Positions 14,460 through 27,433 are shown, counted from the first letter of the stretch. The stretch is 64,000 nt of DNA from Eledone cirrhosa (GCA_964016885.1 OZ024752.1:31496001-31560000); one strand, 5' to 3'. Numbers and translations: made by a program. The notes: generated from the sequence alone by a model not told the origin.

Positions 14460-14820
14460 TAATATCAGAACGATGTGTTAAGCCTTCATTACGTTTATTG
14501 ATTGGTGACGCGCGTTTCGCTATTGATCAGCTCAAGGTTCGATCTGTTTCGATCTGGCCCGACTCTGTATTCAAAAGCTCTCGGACCTCTGTTGTAGTAA
14601 TAACAGTTGTACTACAACAGCGGTCCGAGAGCTTTTGATTCCAGAGTCGGGAAAGATCGAACCTTGAGCTGATCAATAGCGAAACGCGCGTCACCAATCA
14701 ATAAACGTATTATTATATTACACTGTGTCTAGCTCTACACCTCGCTACTGACGTGAACCTAAACATCGAGTGCTCACCTGGGTGAACCTACAGTAACTTC
14801 GCGCTGCACTCTCTGGATAT
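14460..14820. mobile_element. Fold-back element (family N) with a hammerhead-like GAAACGCGCGTC motif; related copy at 31407-31720
   Basis: Arms about 14491-14599 and 14611-14708. GAGCTGATCAATAGCGAAACGCGCGTCACC followed by AATAAA. Confidence 0.7.
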
Positions 14821-14854
14821 ATATATATAAACTAAGTCCTTAGAAACATTAGAT

Positions 14855-14901
<47 letters not shown>

Positions 14902-15010
14902 TCTGAATTTGTTTAGCAAGATTCTTTATCTGAAATCGTGTGTTGAAACCGATATTGTTATACTTTGGGAGGGTCATGTTGCCAATAAGAAACACACGCA
15001 CCATTTGCTT

Positions 15011-15052
15011 TCACTGAAGAGGTCACAGAGTGTGTGACGAAAGAACTATGAC
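15011..15052 (+). ncRNA. Minimal hammerhead motif (family C, third copy)
   Basis: TCA-CTGAAGA-G GTCACA GAGTG TGTGAC-GAAA-GAAC-TA-TGA. Stem II is a perfect GTCACA/TGTGAC. Confidence 0.7.
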
Positions 15053-15201
15053 TATATATAAACAACTATCTGGTTGTGGAACCAACCAACCAACCAGAAA
15101 TTTATAAATTTATAAATTTATTATAAATTTATTATAATAAATTGAAGTGAAAGCAACTGGTGCGTGTGTTTCTTATTGGCAACATGACCCTCCCAAAGTA
15201 T

Positions 15202-15241
<40 letters not shown>

Positions 15242-15372
15242 GTGAGGTTTTTTTTACAAAATGAAAAATAACCAAGGTGTCCTACACGAGTGAAAGTATA
15301 AAGAAAAAGAGATGAAATCGAAAATGCAACTGGAGTCTTATTTTTTTTTAAAATATATATATTTATTTGGTT

Positions 15373-15410
15373 CCTTTACCGGTTTCGCAGTTCTTCTGCT
15401 TTTCAAAAGG
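15373..15410 (-). ncRNA. Minimal hammerhead motif with U3-A8 core variant (family E)
   Basis: Reverse complement reads CCTT-TTGAAAA-GCAG AAGAA CTGC-GAAA-CCGG-TA-AAGG, then AATAAA. Palindromic ACCGGT stem III. Confidence 0.75.
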
Positions 15411-15434
15411 TGAGTTGAGATGGAGGGTCTGTGG

Positions 15435-15505
<71 letters not shown>

Positions 15506-15507
<2 letters not shown>

Positions 15508-18500
15508 TAGAAAGATCGAGTATCGAAAAATCGGCGCACGAGTTAACGAAAAACGAAATCCGATATGAGCGGCAGAGGGCTCAATAATTCAGATGAATCA
15601 GAGCTATAACTATCGTTAAAATACCGTCACATATAGAACAAGTCTACAATCAACCATACGATTTAAAATCGATAAAGGAAGATTCGGGCCAAACAGATAA
15701 AAAATATCAATAAAACAATACGTCAATAATTTAAATGAATGTAAAATCATACCCGGACCCACTAGAAAGGTGTTAAATCTAGCTTCATGGGTTTCTGTAA
15801 ATCCTTAGACAGTACTCTATCAGCTCACATATAAATATAAAAGCCTACTAGAATAAGTGGAATGGAGTTTACGTTGTCAACGAGTTTTATCCTGGCGGCA
15901 AAGGAGTCAACTAGCGGTGAAAAACGCACATGGCATTAGACAAGGGAGATGACCCCTATATCCGCGAAAATAATTCGAGTGAATGTGGAAATACACATAT
16001 CGAATTAGAGTGCTCAATAGACATGTTAAAATAAAACAAAAGCTATTCATCACTCAATAGAATCGACAAAATATGAGCAATAAAATTAACTGGTGGATAG
16101 CTATGTCCAGAGCTAAATATATTAGAAAGATCGAGTATCGAAAAATCGGCGCACGAGTTAACGAAAAACGAAATCCGATATGAGCGGCAGAGGGCTCAAT
16201 AATTCAGATGAATCAGAGCTATAACTATCGTTAAAATACCGTCACATATAGAACAAGTCTACAATCAACCATACGATTTAAAATCGATAAAGGAAGATTC
16301 GGGCCAAACAGATAAAAAATATCAATAAAACAATACGTCAATAATTTAAATGAATGTAAAATCATACCCGGACCCACTAGAAAGGTGTTAAATCTAGCTT
16401 CATGGGTTTCTGTAAATCCTTAGACAGTACTCTATCAGCTCACATATAAATATAAAAGCCTACTAGAATAAGTGGAATGGAGTTTACGTTGTCAACGAGT
16501 TTTATCCTGGCGGCAAAGGAGTCAACTAGCGGTGAAAAACGCACATGGCATTAGACAAGGGAGATGACCCCTATATCCGCGAAAATAATTCGAGTGAATG
16601 TGGAAATACACATATCGAATTAGAGTGCTCAATAGACATGTTAAAATAAAACAAAAGCTATTCATCACTCAATAGAATCGACAAAATATGAGCAATAAAA
16701 TTAACTGGTGGATAGCTATGTCCAGAGCTAAATATATTAGAAAGATCGAGTATCGAAAAATCGGCGCACGAGTTAACGAAAAACGAAATCCGATATGAGC
16801 GGCAGAGGGCTCAATAATTCAGATGAATCAGAGCTATAACTATCGTTAAAATACCGTCACATATAGAACAAGTCTACAATCAACCATACGATTTAAAATC
16901 GATAAAGGAAGATTCGGGCCAAACAGATAAAAAATATCAATAAAACAATACGTCAATAATTTAAATGAATGTAAAATCATACCCGGACCCACTAGAAAGG
17001 TGTTAAATCTAGCTTCATGGGTTTCTGTAAATCCTTAGACAGTACTCTATCAGCTCACATATAAATATAAAAGCCTACTAGAATAAGTGGAATGGAGTTT
17101 ACGTTGTCAACGAGTTTTATCCTGGCGGCAAAGGAGTCAACTAGCGGTGAAAAACGCACATGGCATTAGACAAGGGAGATGACCCCTATATCCGCGAAAA
17201 TAATTCGAGTGAATGTGGAAATACACATATCGAATTAGAGTGCTCAATAGACATGTTAAAATAAAACAAAAGCTATTCATCACTCAATAGAATCGACAAA
17301 ATATGAGCAATAAAATTAACTGGTGGATAGCTATGTCCAGAGCTAAATATATTAGAAAGATCGAGTATCGAAAAATCGGCGCACGAGTTAACGAAAAACG
17401 AAATCCGATATGAGCGGCAGAGGGCTCAATAATTCAGATGAATCAGAGCTATAACTATCGTTAAAATACCGTCACATATAGAACAAGTCTACAATCAACC
17501 ATACGATTTAAAATCGATAAAGGAAGATTCGGGCCAAACAGATAAAAAATATCAATAAAACAATACGTCAATAATTTAAATGAATGTAAAATCATACCCG
17601 GACCCACTAGAAAGGTGTTAAATCTAGCTTCATGGGTTTCTGTAAATCCTTAGACAGTACTCTATCAGCTCACATATAAATATAAAAGCCTACTAGAATA
17701 AGTGGAATGGAGTTTACGTTGTCAACGAGTTTTATCCTGGCGGCAAAGGAGTCAACTAGCGGTGAAAAACGCACATGGCATTAGACAAGGGAGATGACCC
17801 CTATATCCGCGAAAATAATTCGAGTGAATGTGGAAATACACATATCGAATTAGAATGCTCAATAGACATGTTAAAATAAAACAAAAGCTATTCATCACTC
17901 AATAGAATCGACAAAATATGAGCAATAAAATTAACTGGTGGATAGCTATGTCCAGAGCTAAATATATTAGAAAGATCGAGTATCGAAAAATCGGCGCACG
18001 AGTTAACGAAAAACGAAATCCGATATGAGCGGCAGAGGGCTCAATAATTCAGATGAATCAGAGCTATAACTATCGTTAAAATACCGTCACATATAGAACA
18101 AGTCTACAATCAACCATACGATTTAAAATCGATAAAGGAAGATTCGGGCCAAACAGATAAAAAATATCAATAAAACAATACGTCAATAATTTAAATGAAT
18201 GTAAAATCATACCCGGACCCACTAGAAAGGTGTTAAATCTGGCTTCATGGGTTTCTGTAAATCCTTAGACAGTACTCTATCAGCTCACATATAAATATAA
18301 AAGCCTACTAGAATAAGTGGAATGGAGTTTACGTTGTCAACGAGTTTTATCCTGGCGGCAAAGGAGTCAACTAGCGGTGAAAAACGCACATGGCATTAGA
18401 CAAGGGAGATGACCCCTATATCCGCGAAAATAATTCGAGTGAATGTGGAAATACACATATCGAATTAGAGTGCTCAATAGACATGTTAAAATAAAACAAA

Positions 18501-21500
18501 AGCTATTCATCACTCAATAGAATCGACAAAATATGAGCAATAAAATTAACTGGTGGATAGCTATGTCCAGAGCTAAATATATTAGAAAGATCGAGTATCG
18601 AAAAATCGGCGCACGAGTTAACGAAAAACGAAATCCGATATGAGCGGCAGAGGGCTCAATAATTCAGATGAATCAGAGCTATAACTATCGTTAAAATACC
18701 GTCACATATAGAACAAGTCTACAATCAACCATACGATTTAAAATCGATAAAGGAAGATTCGGGCCAAACAGATAAAAAATATCAATAAAACAATACGTCA
18801 ATAATTTAAATGAATGTAAAATCATACCCGGACCCACTAGAAAGGTGTTAAATCTAGCTTCATGGGTTTCTGTAAATCCTTAGACAGTACTCTATCAGCT
18901 CACATATAAATATAAAAGCCTACTAGAATAAGTGGAATGGAGTTTACGTTGTCAACGAGTTTTATCCTGGCGGCAAAGGAGTCAACTAGCGGTGAAAAAC
19001 GCACATGGCATTAGACAAGGGAGATGACCCCTATATCCGCGAAAATAATTCGAGTGAATGTGGAAATACACATATCGAATTAGAGTGCTCAATAGACATG
19101 TTAAAATAAAACAAAAGCTATTCATCACTCAATAGAATCGACAAAATATGAGCAATAAAATTAACTGGTGGATAGCTATGTCCAGAGCTAAATATATTAG
19201 AAAGATCGAGTATCGAAAAATCGGCGCACGAGTTAACGAAAAACGAAATCCGATATGAGCGGCAGAGGGCTCAATAATTCAGATGAATCAGAGCTATAAC
19301 TATCGTTAAAATACCGTCACATATAGAACAAGTCTACAATCAACCATACGATTTAAAATCGATAAAGGAAGATTCGGGCCAAACAGATAAAAAATATCAA
19401 TAAAACAATACGTCAATAATTTAAATGAATGTAAAATCATACCCGGACCCACTAGAAAGGTGTTAAATCTAGCTTCATGGGTTTCTGTAAATCCTTAGAC
19501 AGTACTCTATCAGCTCACATATAAATATAAAAGCCTACTAGAATAAGTGGAATGGAGTTTACGTTGTCAACGAGTTTTATCCTGGCGGCAAAGGAGTCAA
19601 CTAGCGGTGAAAAACGCACATGGCATTAGACAAGGGAGATGACCCCTATATCCGCGAAAATAATTCGAGTGAATGTGGAAATACACATATCGAATTAGAG
19701 TGCTCAATAGACATGTTAAAATAAAACAAAAGCTATTCATCACTCAATAGAATCGACAAAATATGAGCAATAAAATTAACTGGTGGATAGCTATGTCCAG
19801 AGCTAAATATATTAGAAAGATCGAGTATCGAAAAATCGGCGCACGAGTTAACGAAAAACGAAATCCGATATGAGCGGCAGAGGGCTCAATAATTCAGATG
19901 AATCAGAGCTATAACTATCGTTAAAATACCGTCACATATAGAACAAGTCTACAATCAACCATACGATTTAAAATCGATAAAGGAAGATTCGGGCCAAACA
20001 GATAAAAAATATCAATAAAACAATACGTCAATAATTTAAATGAATGTAAAATCATACCCGGACCCACTAGAAAGGTGTTAAATCTAGCTTCATGGGTTTC
20101 TGTAAATCCTTAGACAGTACTCTATCAGCTCACATATAAATATAAAAGCCTACTAGAATAAGTGGAATGGAGTTTACGTTGTCAACGAGTTTTATCCTGG
20201 CGGCAAAGGAGTCAACTAGCGGTGAAAAACGCACATGGCATTAGACAAGGGAGATGACCCCTATATCCGCGAAAATAATTCGAGTGAATGTGGAAATACA
20301 CATATCGAATTAGAGTGCTCAATAGACATGTTAAAATAAAACAAAAGCTATTCATCACTCAATAGAATCGACAAAATATGAGCAATAAAATTAACTGGTG
20401 GATAGCTATGTCCAGAGCTAAATATATTAGAAAGATCGAGTATCGAAAAATCGGCGCACGAGTTAACGAAAAACGAAATCCGATATGAGCGGCAGAGGGC
20501 TCAATAATTCAGATGAATCAGAGCTATAACTATCGTTAAAATACCGTCACATATAGAACAAGTCTACAATCAACCATACGATTTAAAATCGATAAAGGAA
20601 GATTCGGGCCAAACAGATAAAAAATATCAATAAAACAATACGTCAATAATTTAAATGAATGTAAAATCATACCCGGACCCACTAGAAAGGTGTTAAATCT
20701 AGCTTCATGGGTTTCTGTAAATCCTTAGACAGTACTCTATCAGCTCACATATAAATATAAAAGCCTACTAGAATAAGTGGAATGGAGTTTACGTTGTCAA
20801 CGAGTTTTATCCTGGCGGCAAAGGAGTCAACTAGCGGTGAAAAACGCACATGGCATTAGACAAGGGAGATGACCCCTATATCCGCGAAAATAATTCGAGT
20901 GAATGTGGAAATACACATATCGAATTAGAGTGCTCAATAGACATGTTAAAATAAAACAAAAGCTATTCATCACTCAATAGAATCGACAAAATATGAGCAA
21001 TAAAATTAACTGGTGGATAGCTATGTCCAGAGCTAAATATATTAGAAAGATCGAGTATCGAAAAATCGGCGCACGAGTTAACGAAAAACGAAATCCGATA
21101 TGAGCGGCAGAGGGCTCAATAATTCAGATGAATCAGAGCTATAACTATCGTTAAAATACCGTCACATATAGAACAAGTCTACAATCAACCATACGATTTA
21201 AAATCGATAAAGGAAGATTCGGGCCAAACAGATAAAAAATATCAATAAAACAATACGTCAATAATTTAAATGAATGTAAAATCATACCCGGACCCACTAG
21301 AAAGGTGTTAAATCTAGCTTCATGGGTTTCTGTAAATCCTTAGACAGTACTCTATCAGCTCACATATAAATATAAAAGCCTACTAGAATAAGTGGAATGG
21401 AGTTTACGTTGTCAACGAGTTTTATCCTGGCGGCAAAGGAGTCAACTAGCGGTGAAAAACGCACATGGCATTAGACAAGGGAGATGACCCCTATATCCGC

Positions 21501-22620
21501 GAAAATAATTCGAGTGAATGTGGAAATACACATATCGAATTAGAGTGCTCAATAGACATGTTAAAATAAAACAAAAGCTATTCATCACTCAATAGAATCG
21601 ACAAAATATGAGCAATAAAATTAACTGGTGGATAGCTATGTCCAGAGCTAAATATATTAGAAAGATCGAGTATCGAAAAATCGGCGCACGAGTTAACGAA
21701 AAACGAAATCCGATATGAGCGGCAGAGGGCTCAATAATTCAGATGAATCAGAGCTATAACTATCGTTAAAATACCGTCACATATAGAACAAGTCTACAAT
21801 CAACCATACGATTTAAAATCGATAAAGGAAGATTCGGGCCAAACAGATAAAAAATATCAATAAAACAATACGTCAATAATTTAAATGAATGTAAAATCAT
21901 ACCCGGACCCACTAGAAAGGTGTTAAATCTAGCTTCATGGGTTTCTGTAAATCCTTAGACAGTACTCTATCAGCTCACATATAAATATAAAAGCCTACTA
22001 GAATAAGTGGAATGGAGTTTACGTTGTCAACGAGTTTTATCCTGGCGGCAAAGGAGTCAACTAGCGGTGAAAAACGCACATGGCATTAGACAAGGGAGAT
22101 GACCCCTATATCCGCGAAAATAATTCGAGTGAATGTGGAAATACACATATCGAATTAGAGTGCTCAATAGACATGTTAAAATAAAACAAAAGCTATTCAT
22201 CACTCAATAGAATCGACAAAATATGAGCAATAAAATTAACTGGTGGATAGCTATGTCCAGAGCTAAATATATTAGAAAGATCGAGTATCGAAAAATCGGC
22301 GCACGAGTTAACGAAAAACGAAATCCGATATGAGCGGCAGAGGGCTCAATAATTCAGATGAATCAGAGCTATAACTATCGTTAAAATACCGTCACATATA
22401 GAACAAGTCTACAATCAACCATACGATTTAAAATCGATAAAGGAAGATTCGGGCCAAACAGATAAAAAATATCAATAAAACAATACGTCAATAATTTAAA
22501 TGAATGTAAAATCATACCCGGACCCACTAGAAAGGTGTTAAATCTAGCTTCATGGGTTTCTGTAAATCCTTAGACAGTACTCTATCAGCTCACATATAAA
22601 TATAAAAGCCTACTAGAATA
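15506..22620. repeat. Tandem array of a 615-bp unit, 11 full copies plus a 350-bp partial copy, inside (TA)n
   Basis: Unit starts at 15506, 16121, 16736 ... 22271. Only two variant bases noticed (17855, 18241). No listed ORF. Confidence 0.97.
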
Positions 22621-22758
22621 TATATATATATATGTGAATATAGACATAGAATATTCGAAAATATTCTGTATGTTTATAATAAACATTTTGAAGACCTAAT
22701 CGCTATAGAATAGAATACGTCACGTATTACAATTAGATTCTCGATAAAAGCAAGGGAA

Positions 22759-22801
22759 GTAATCTACGCGTTTCATTCTCGTTAGAAATCATCAGGACTA
22801 C
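22759..22801 (-). ncRNA. Minimal type I hammerhead (family F, copy 1)
   Basis: Reverse complement reads GTAGTC-CTGATGA-T TTCT AACG AGAA T-GAAA-CGCG-TA-GATTAC. Palindromic ACGCGT, GUA site. Confidence 0.85.
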
Positions 22802-23068
22802 ATATCCAGTGCTTTTATCGAGAATGACACAGCTAGAGACTTATAGAATACTTAGCTGTGTACAGGAACTGGTTTGAAAGAGCGGTTGCCGGTCCGGCAG
22901 AAATTAGAAATTGGAATAAATGCTCTGAAATAGCGATATATATGTGAATATAGACATAGAATATTCGAAAATATTCTGTATGTTTATAATAAACATTTTG
23001 AAGACCTAATCGCTATAGAATAGAATACGTCACGTATTACAATTAGATTCTCGATAAAAGCAAGGGAA

Positions 23069-23111
23069 GTAATCTACGCGTTTCATTCTCGTTAGAAATC
23101 ATCAGGACTAC
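23069..23111 (-). ncRNA. Minimal type I hammerhead (family F, copy 2)
   Basis: Identical to 22759-22801, offset by 310 bp. Confidence 0.85.
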
Positions 23112-23210
23112 ATATCCAGTGCTTTTATCGAGAATGACACAGCTAGAGACTTATAGAATACTTAGCTGTGTACAGGAACTGGTTTGAAAGAGCGGTTGCC
23201 GGTCCGGCAG

Positions 23211-23279
<69 letters not shown>

Positions 23280-23526
23280 ACTGCTATATCTGATTTGCTA
23301 AGCTCTCTGAACGTAATGTTATTACTCTGGGATCTTTCCTCATCCGAGTGCTCAAGCTACAGACCGATTATGCATATACGGTAGCTTGGCCGTATTCTAA
23401 AGCTTCGTCAATGCTGTACTAAAATTTATATATATATATATATGTAAGTATGTATGTATAGTAAGTGGCGTACTAAGGGTGAGAAATGAAATTTCGTTTC
23501 ATTCTATTCCAACTTATATATATATA

Positions 23527-24188
23527 TAGGAGCAGTTTAGGTATGATACATTTTATTACTAATTATATCTAAATGTTTCTTCTCTCTTCATAATGTATTT
23601 TTAACTCTGATACTGGTTCAGTCTGGTTCAAACTGAATTGGTCTGTCCCAGTCATTCATTGAGCAACATCGGTGAAGTTGGCACCCTTAACTCGCAGTTG
23701 GGTGCGGATGCATTCATGTATATATGTGTGTGTCCGCATGTATCTGTGTGTTTCTAAATATATTAATAACTCCCTCTGGTCGAGCAATCTTTGAAGTGTG
23801 GGGACAACTGGAAAGCTTCCATTACTCGTACTTCTCGCCTTCTTCACTACCTCTTCTACAGCCTCGATATGAATACCCCCTCCGCCTCCGTGGTATTTTC
23901 TTCGTGGTTATAAGAGGCTTAGCTCTGTTTCTCGACCGTTATATCGCGTGACTATCTCCCCCTCCGCCTTTTGGGATTCTTTCTCACGTCGTGTAGACGC
24001 GTTCTTGAGACTAGTAAAATGAGGTATCCTCTTGATAAGTTGGCAGACCTCGCAAGGACTCTATATCTTTGATATATTGTTTTTGTTTATGCCACGAAAC
24101 TACGTAGTCGAGGAATTTAGGAGCAGTTTAGGTATGATACATTTTATTACTAATTATATCTAAATGTTTCTTCTCTCTTCATAATGTA
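23527..24188 (+). mobile_element. Non-coding element with a 591-bp unit and about 70-bp terminal direct repeat (pseudo-LTR-like), in (TA)n
   Basis: TAGGAGCAGTTTAGGTATGATACATTTT...CATAATGTA occurs at 23527 and 24118. Confidence 0.75.
24027..24114 (+). ncRNA. Type I hammerhead with U3-A8 core variant and long stem II (family G)
   Basis: TCCTC-TTGATAA-GTTGGCA...TGCCAC-GAAA-CTACGTAG-TC-GAGGA. Palindromic ACTACGTAGT, GUC site. Confidence 0.75.
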
Positions 24189-24203
24189 TATATATATATA
24201 TAT

Positions 24204-24622
24204 AGATTTTGAGTTTATGTTGGTTGTATACCAACACCTCAGTATGCAGGCTGGAGCACTCGACGAAGTGCGCAGGTTGGTTTGGTTACTCCGGAGTAGT
24301 GTAAAATAAAGTTAAATAAAAGTCAAATGATTAAAATTTAGCTTCGTTTATTACTGCTATATATATTTCAGTGACAGCCATCTTTGGCTGTGACCTCTTC
24401 AGGCAGTTTGAATTAGTATGGTATAGACAAGTACATATGTTGTTGAGGTGTATAATATTGTCAATACTCTGATATGCCCAGTTCCTGGTTGGGTTGTTAA
24501 TTCACTGAGGAACTGGAGTCATATGAATTCAAACAAACGAATTTTAGTGTCAAAGGTCCCCTTCTCCTCTCATTGGTCAGTTAAAATTCGTTTGTTTGAA
24601 TTCATATGACTCCAGTTCCTCA
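24204..24622 (-). mobile_element. (TA)n-anchored element family H with terminal fold-back; near-identical copy at 28271-28582
   Basis: A 312-bp block is shared with 28271-28582 (two substitutions seen). Hairpin at about 24506-24622. Confidence 0.8.
24353..24407 (-). ncRNA. Type I hammerhead (family H)
   Basis: Reverse complement reads ACTGC-CTGAAGA-GGTCACAGCCA AAGA TGGCTGTCACT-GAAA-TATATA-TA-GCAGT-AATAAA. Confidence 0.8.
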
Positions 24623-25314
24623 TGTGTATTAATATTATTAGCTCACACCTTTTTATCATCAATATGAGACTAAGAAAAATGTAAAACATGACAATACTAA
24701 CATATTTAGAGTCAATAGAAAATCAATGTAGTAAAATTCAAAGTTGAATTCGGTAGAATTTGAACTCGTAACCAAGTAAATGGACATAGTTAAAACAAGA
24801 TACGTAAGTCACTTTCTTCATTGCTCTACCGATTCCGATAAACGATTTATTAACATGTATCAACTCCAAACAAGTGGAGGCGCGTGGTGGGGGTACTGGA
24901 CGCACGCTCGTAATGTCATGGTGGGCTCGATACCTAGACAGTATACTGAGCTGAAAGTGTGTACCAGCAATAACTGGGGGTTGAAACCCACGATTAAAAC
25001 CTGGATAAACACTGACCTGATGAGTCTCCGGGTTCGAAACAGACTTTAGACTTTTTTTAGAACTCCAAACTGTGTATAAAGTGTTGTGTATATTCCCCAT
25101 GTCTAACGTATATTTACTATGTATTATAAGCAGGCTTGGTTTTATATATAGAATACCACCGTACAAAGGGTAAGTTATGCCATGTGTAGCCCAAGTTACT
25201 CCATGAGCTAGCAAGTATAATGTTTATTTATACGCCATGTTTGAGTGTTTGTGTAAGGAATCAAGATGTACGTATTTCTTATAAACACACCATATTGAAA
25301 TGTGGGCTATTGCA

Positions 25315-25442
25315 TATATATACACACACACACATATATATATATGTATATATACATACACACACACACATATATATATATATATACACACACACACATA
25401 TATATATACACACACACATATATATATATATATATACATACG

Positions 25443-25478
<36 letters not shown>

Positions 25479-25484
25479 CATACG

Positions 25485-25516
<32 letters not shown>

Positions 25517-25726
25517 CATATACATACACACATATATATATATACACACACATATATATACACATATACATATATATATACATATATATACACACACATA
25601 TATATAATTACACATACACACATATACATATATATACATATATATACATATACACATACATACCCATATATATATATATACATACACACATATATATATA
25701 CATATATACATACACACACATATATA

Positions 25727-25796
<70 letters not shown>

Positions 25797-27300
25797 GCAT
25801 GTGTCACTTAGCAAAGGTCTGTGTCAATCTGTGCGGCGTGAATTCAGTAAATTTCCTGTCAGGAAACAAAAGATATACTGTTACGATGCCGAATAGTTTG
25901 AGTTTCCAGGAAAAAAACTCCTCGCAAAAAAGTCAAATCAAGGAAAAGAGTGAGAACGAAGAAGAGAAAGACAAAGAAAGAAAGAGAGACGGAAAGAAAG
26001 AAAATGAATAAGAAGTAACTCAGAACTATCAAAGAAGTAAACAAATGAAAAATAATAAGAAAATGATTAAAAGAACGAAAGAATATTCAGGAAGATAAAA
26101 GACAAGAGTAGAAGTGTGTTGAGTTGAAGAGGAGACAACTGCATTGGTATTAGTATAAGATGTTAGGGGGATTGGATATATACAAACATTTACACATATG
26201 TATATATGTGTGTGAGAGGGAGAGTGTGTGTGGGGGGGTTTGTGTGGGAGAGAAAGAGAGAGTGTGTGTGTGTGTGAGTGTGGGTTTGTGTGGGAGAGAA
26301 AGAGAGAGTGTGTGTGTGTGTGTGTATGTGCGTGTGTGAGTGTGGGTTTGTGTGGGAGAGAGAAAGAGTGTGTGAGTGTGTGAGTGTGTGCGTGTGTGAG
26401 TGTGGGTTTGTGTGGGAGAGAGAAAGAGTGTGTGAGTGTGTGAGTGTGGGTTTGTGTGGGAGAGAGAAAGAGTGTGTATGTGTGAGTGTGTGCGTGTGTG
26501 AGTGATGGTTTGTGTGTGTGGGAGAGAGAGAGTGTGTGTGTGTATGTGCGTGTGGGTTTGTGTGGGAGAGAGAGAGTGTGTGTGTGTGTATGTGCGTGTG
26601 TGAGTGATGGTTTGTGTGTGTGGGAGAGAGAAAGAGTGTGTATGTGTGAGTGTGTGTAAGTGATGGTTTGTGTGTGTGGGCGAGAGAGAGTGTGTGTGTG
26701 TATGTGCGTGTGGGTTTGTGTGGGAGAGAGAGAGAGTGTGTGTGTGTGTATGTGCGTGTGTGAGTGTGGGTTTGTGTGTGTGGGAGAGAGAGAGAGAGTG
26801 TGTGTATGTATGTGCGTGTGTGAGTGTGGTTTTGTGTGTGTGGGAGAGTGAGAGTGTGTGTGTGTGTATGTGCGTGTGTGAGTGTGGGTTTGTGTGTGTG
26901 GGAGAGAGAGAGAGAGTGTGTGTATGTATGTGCGTGTGTGAGTGTGGTTTTGTGTGTGTGGGAGAGTGAGAGTGTGTGTGAGTGTGTGCGTGTGTGAGTG
27001 TGGCTTTGTGTGTGTGGGAGAGAGAGTGTTTGTGTGTGTGAGTGTGTGCATGTGTGCGTGTGTGCGTGTGTGAGTGTGGGGTTTGTGTGGGAGAGAGAGA
27101 GAGAGTGCGTGTGTGCCAGTGTGTGTGAGTGTGTGAGTGTGGGTGTGTGGTGTGTGTGTTCAGTGTGCGTGCCAGTGTGCATATATGTATGTGCATGTGT
27201 GTGTACACGTGCGCGTGAATGTGTATGTGCGTGTGTGCCTGTGTGTGTATATATGTATGTGTGTTTGTACATGTGTGCATGTGTGTGTGTGTGTGTGTAC
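25315..27300. repeat. (TA/CA)n microsatellite and GT/GA-rich minisatellite region
   Basis: Directly visible; units such as GTGTGAGTGTGGGTTTGTGTGGGAGAGAGA. Confidence 0.9.
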
Positions 27301-27433
27301 AGTCATTCAGCCAACCTCCTTTTCTATTATCCAGTGTCATATTAAGCATTGAAGTTGATATAATTGATTAAAACCGTTGCAGTCGGTGCCCCAGAAGGGT
27401 CTTAGCCCATCCTCCGGAATTAAGAAAACAACA

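Larger units (their letters stand above)
22631..23215 (-). mobile_element. Retrozyme-like tandem dimer (310-bp unit, about 1.9 copies) with one hammerhead per unit
   Basis: Unit starts at 22631 and 22941 and the copies look identical. Flanked by (TA)n. Internal 16-bp perfect stem ATTCTCGATAAAAGCA/TGCTTTTATCGAGAAT. Confidence 0.8.

Noticed and set aside
15506-22620. CRISPR array or rDNA/5S/histone cluster
   Set aside because: Units are identical with no unique spacers, there are no cas genes, and no rRNA, snRNA or histone sequence is recognisable.
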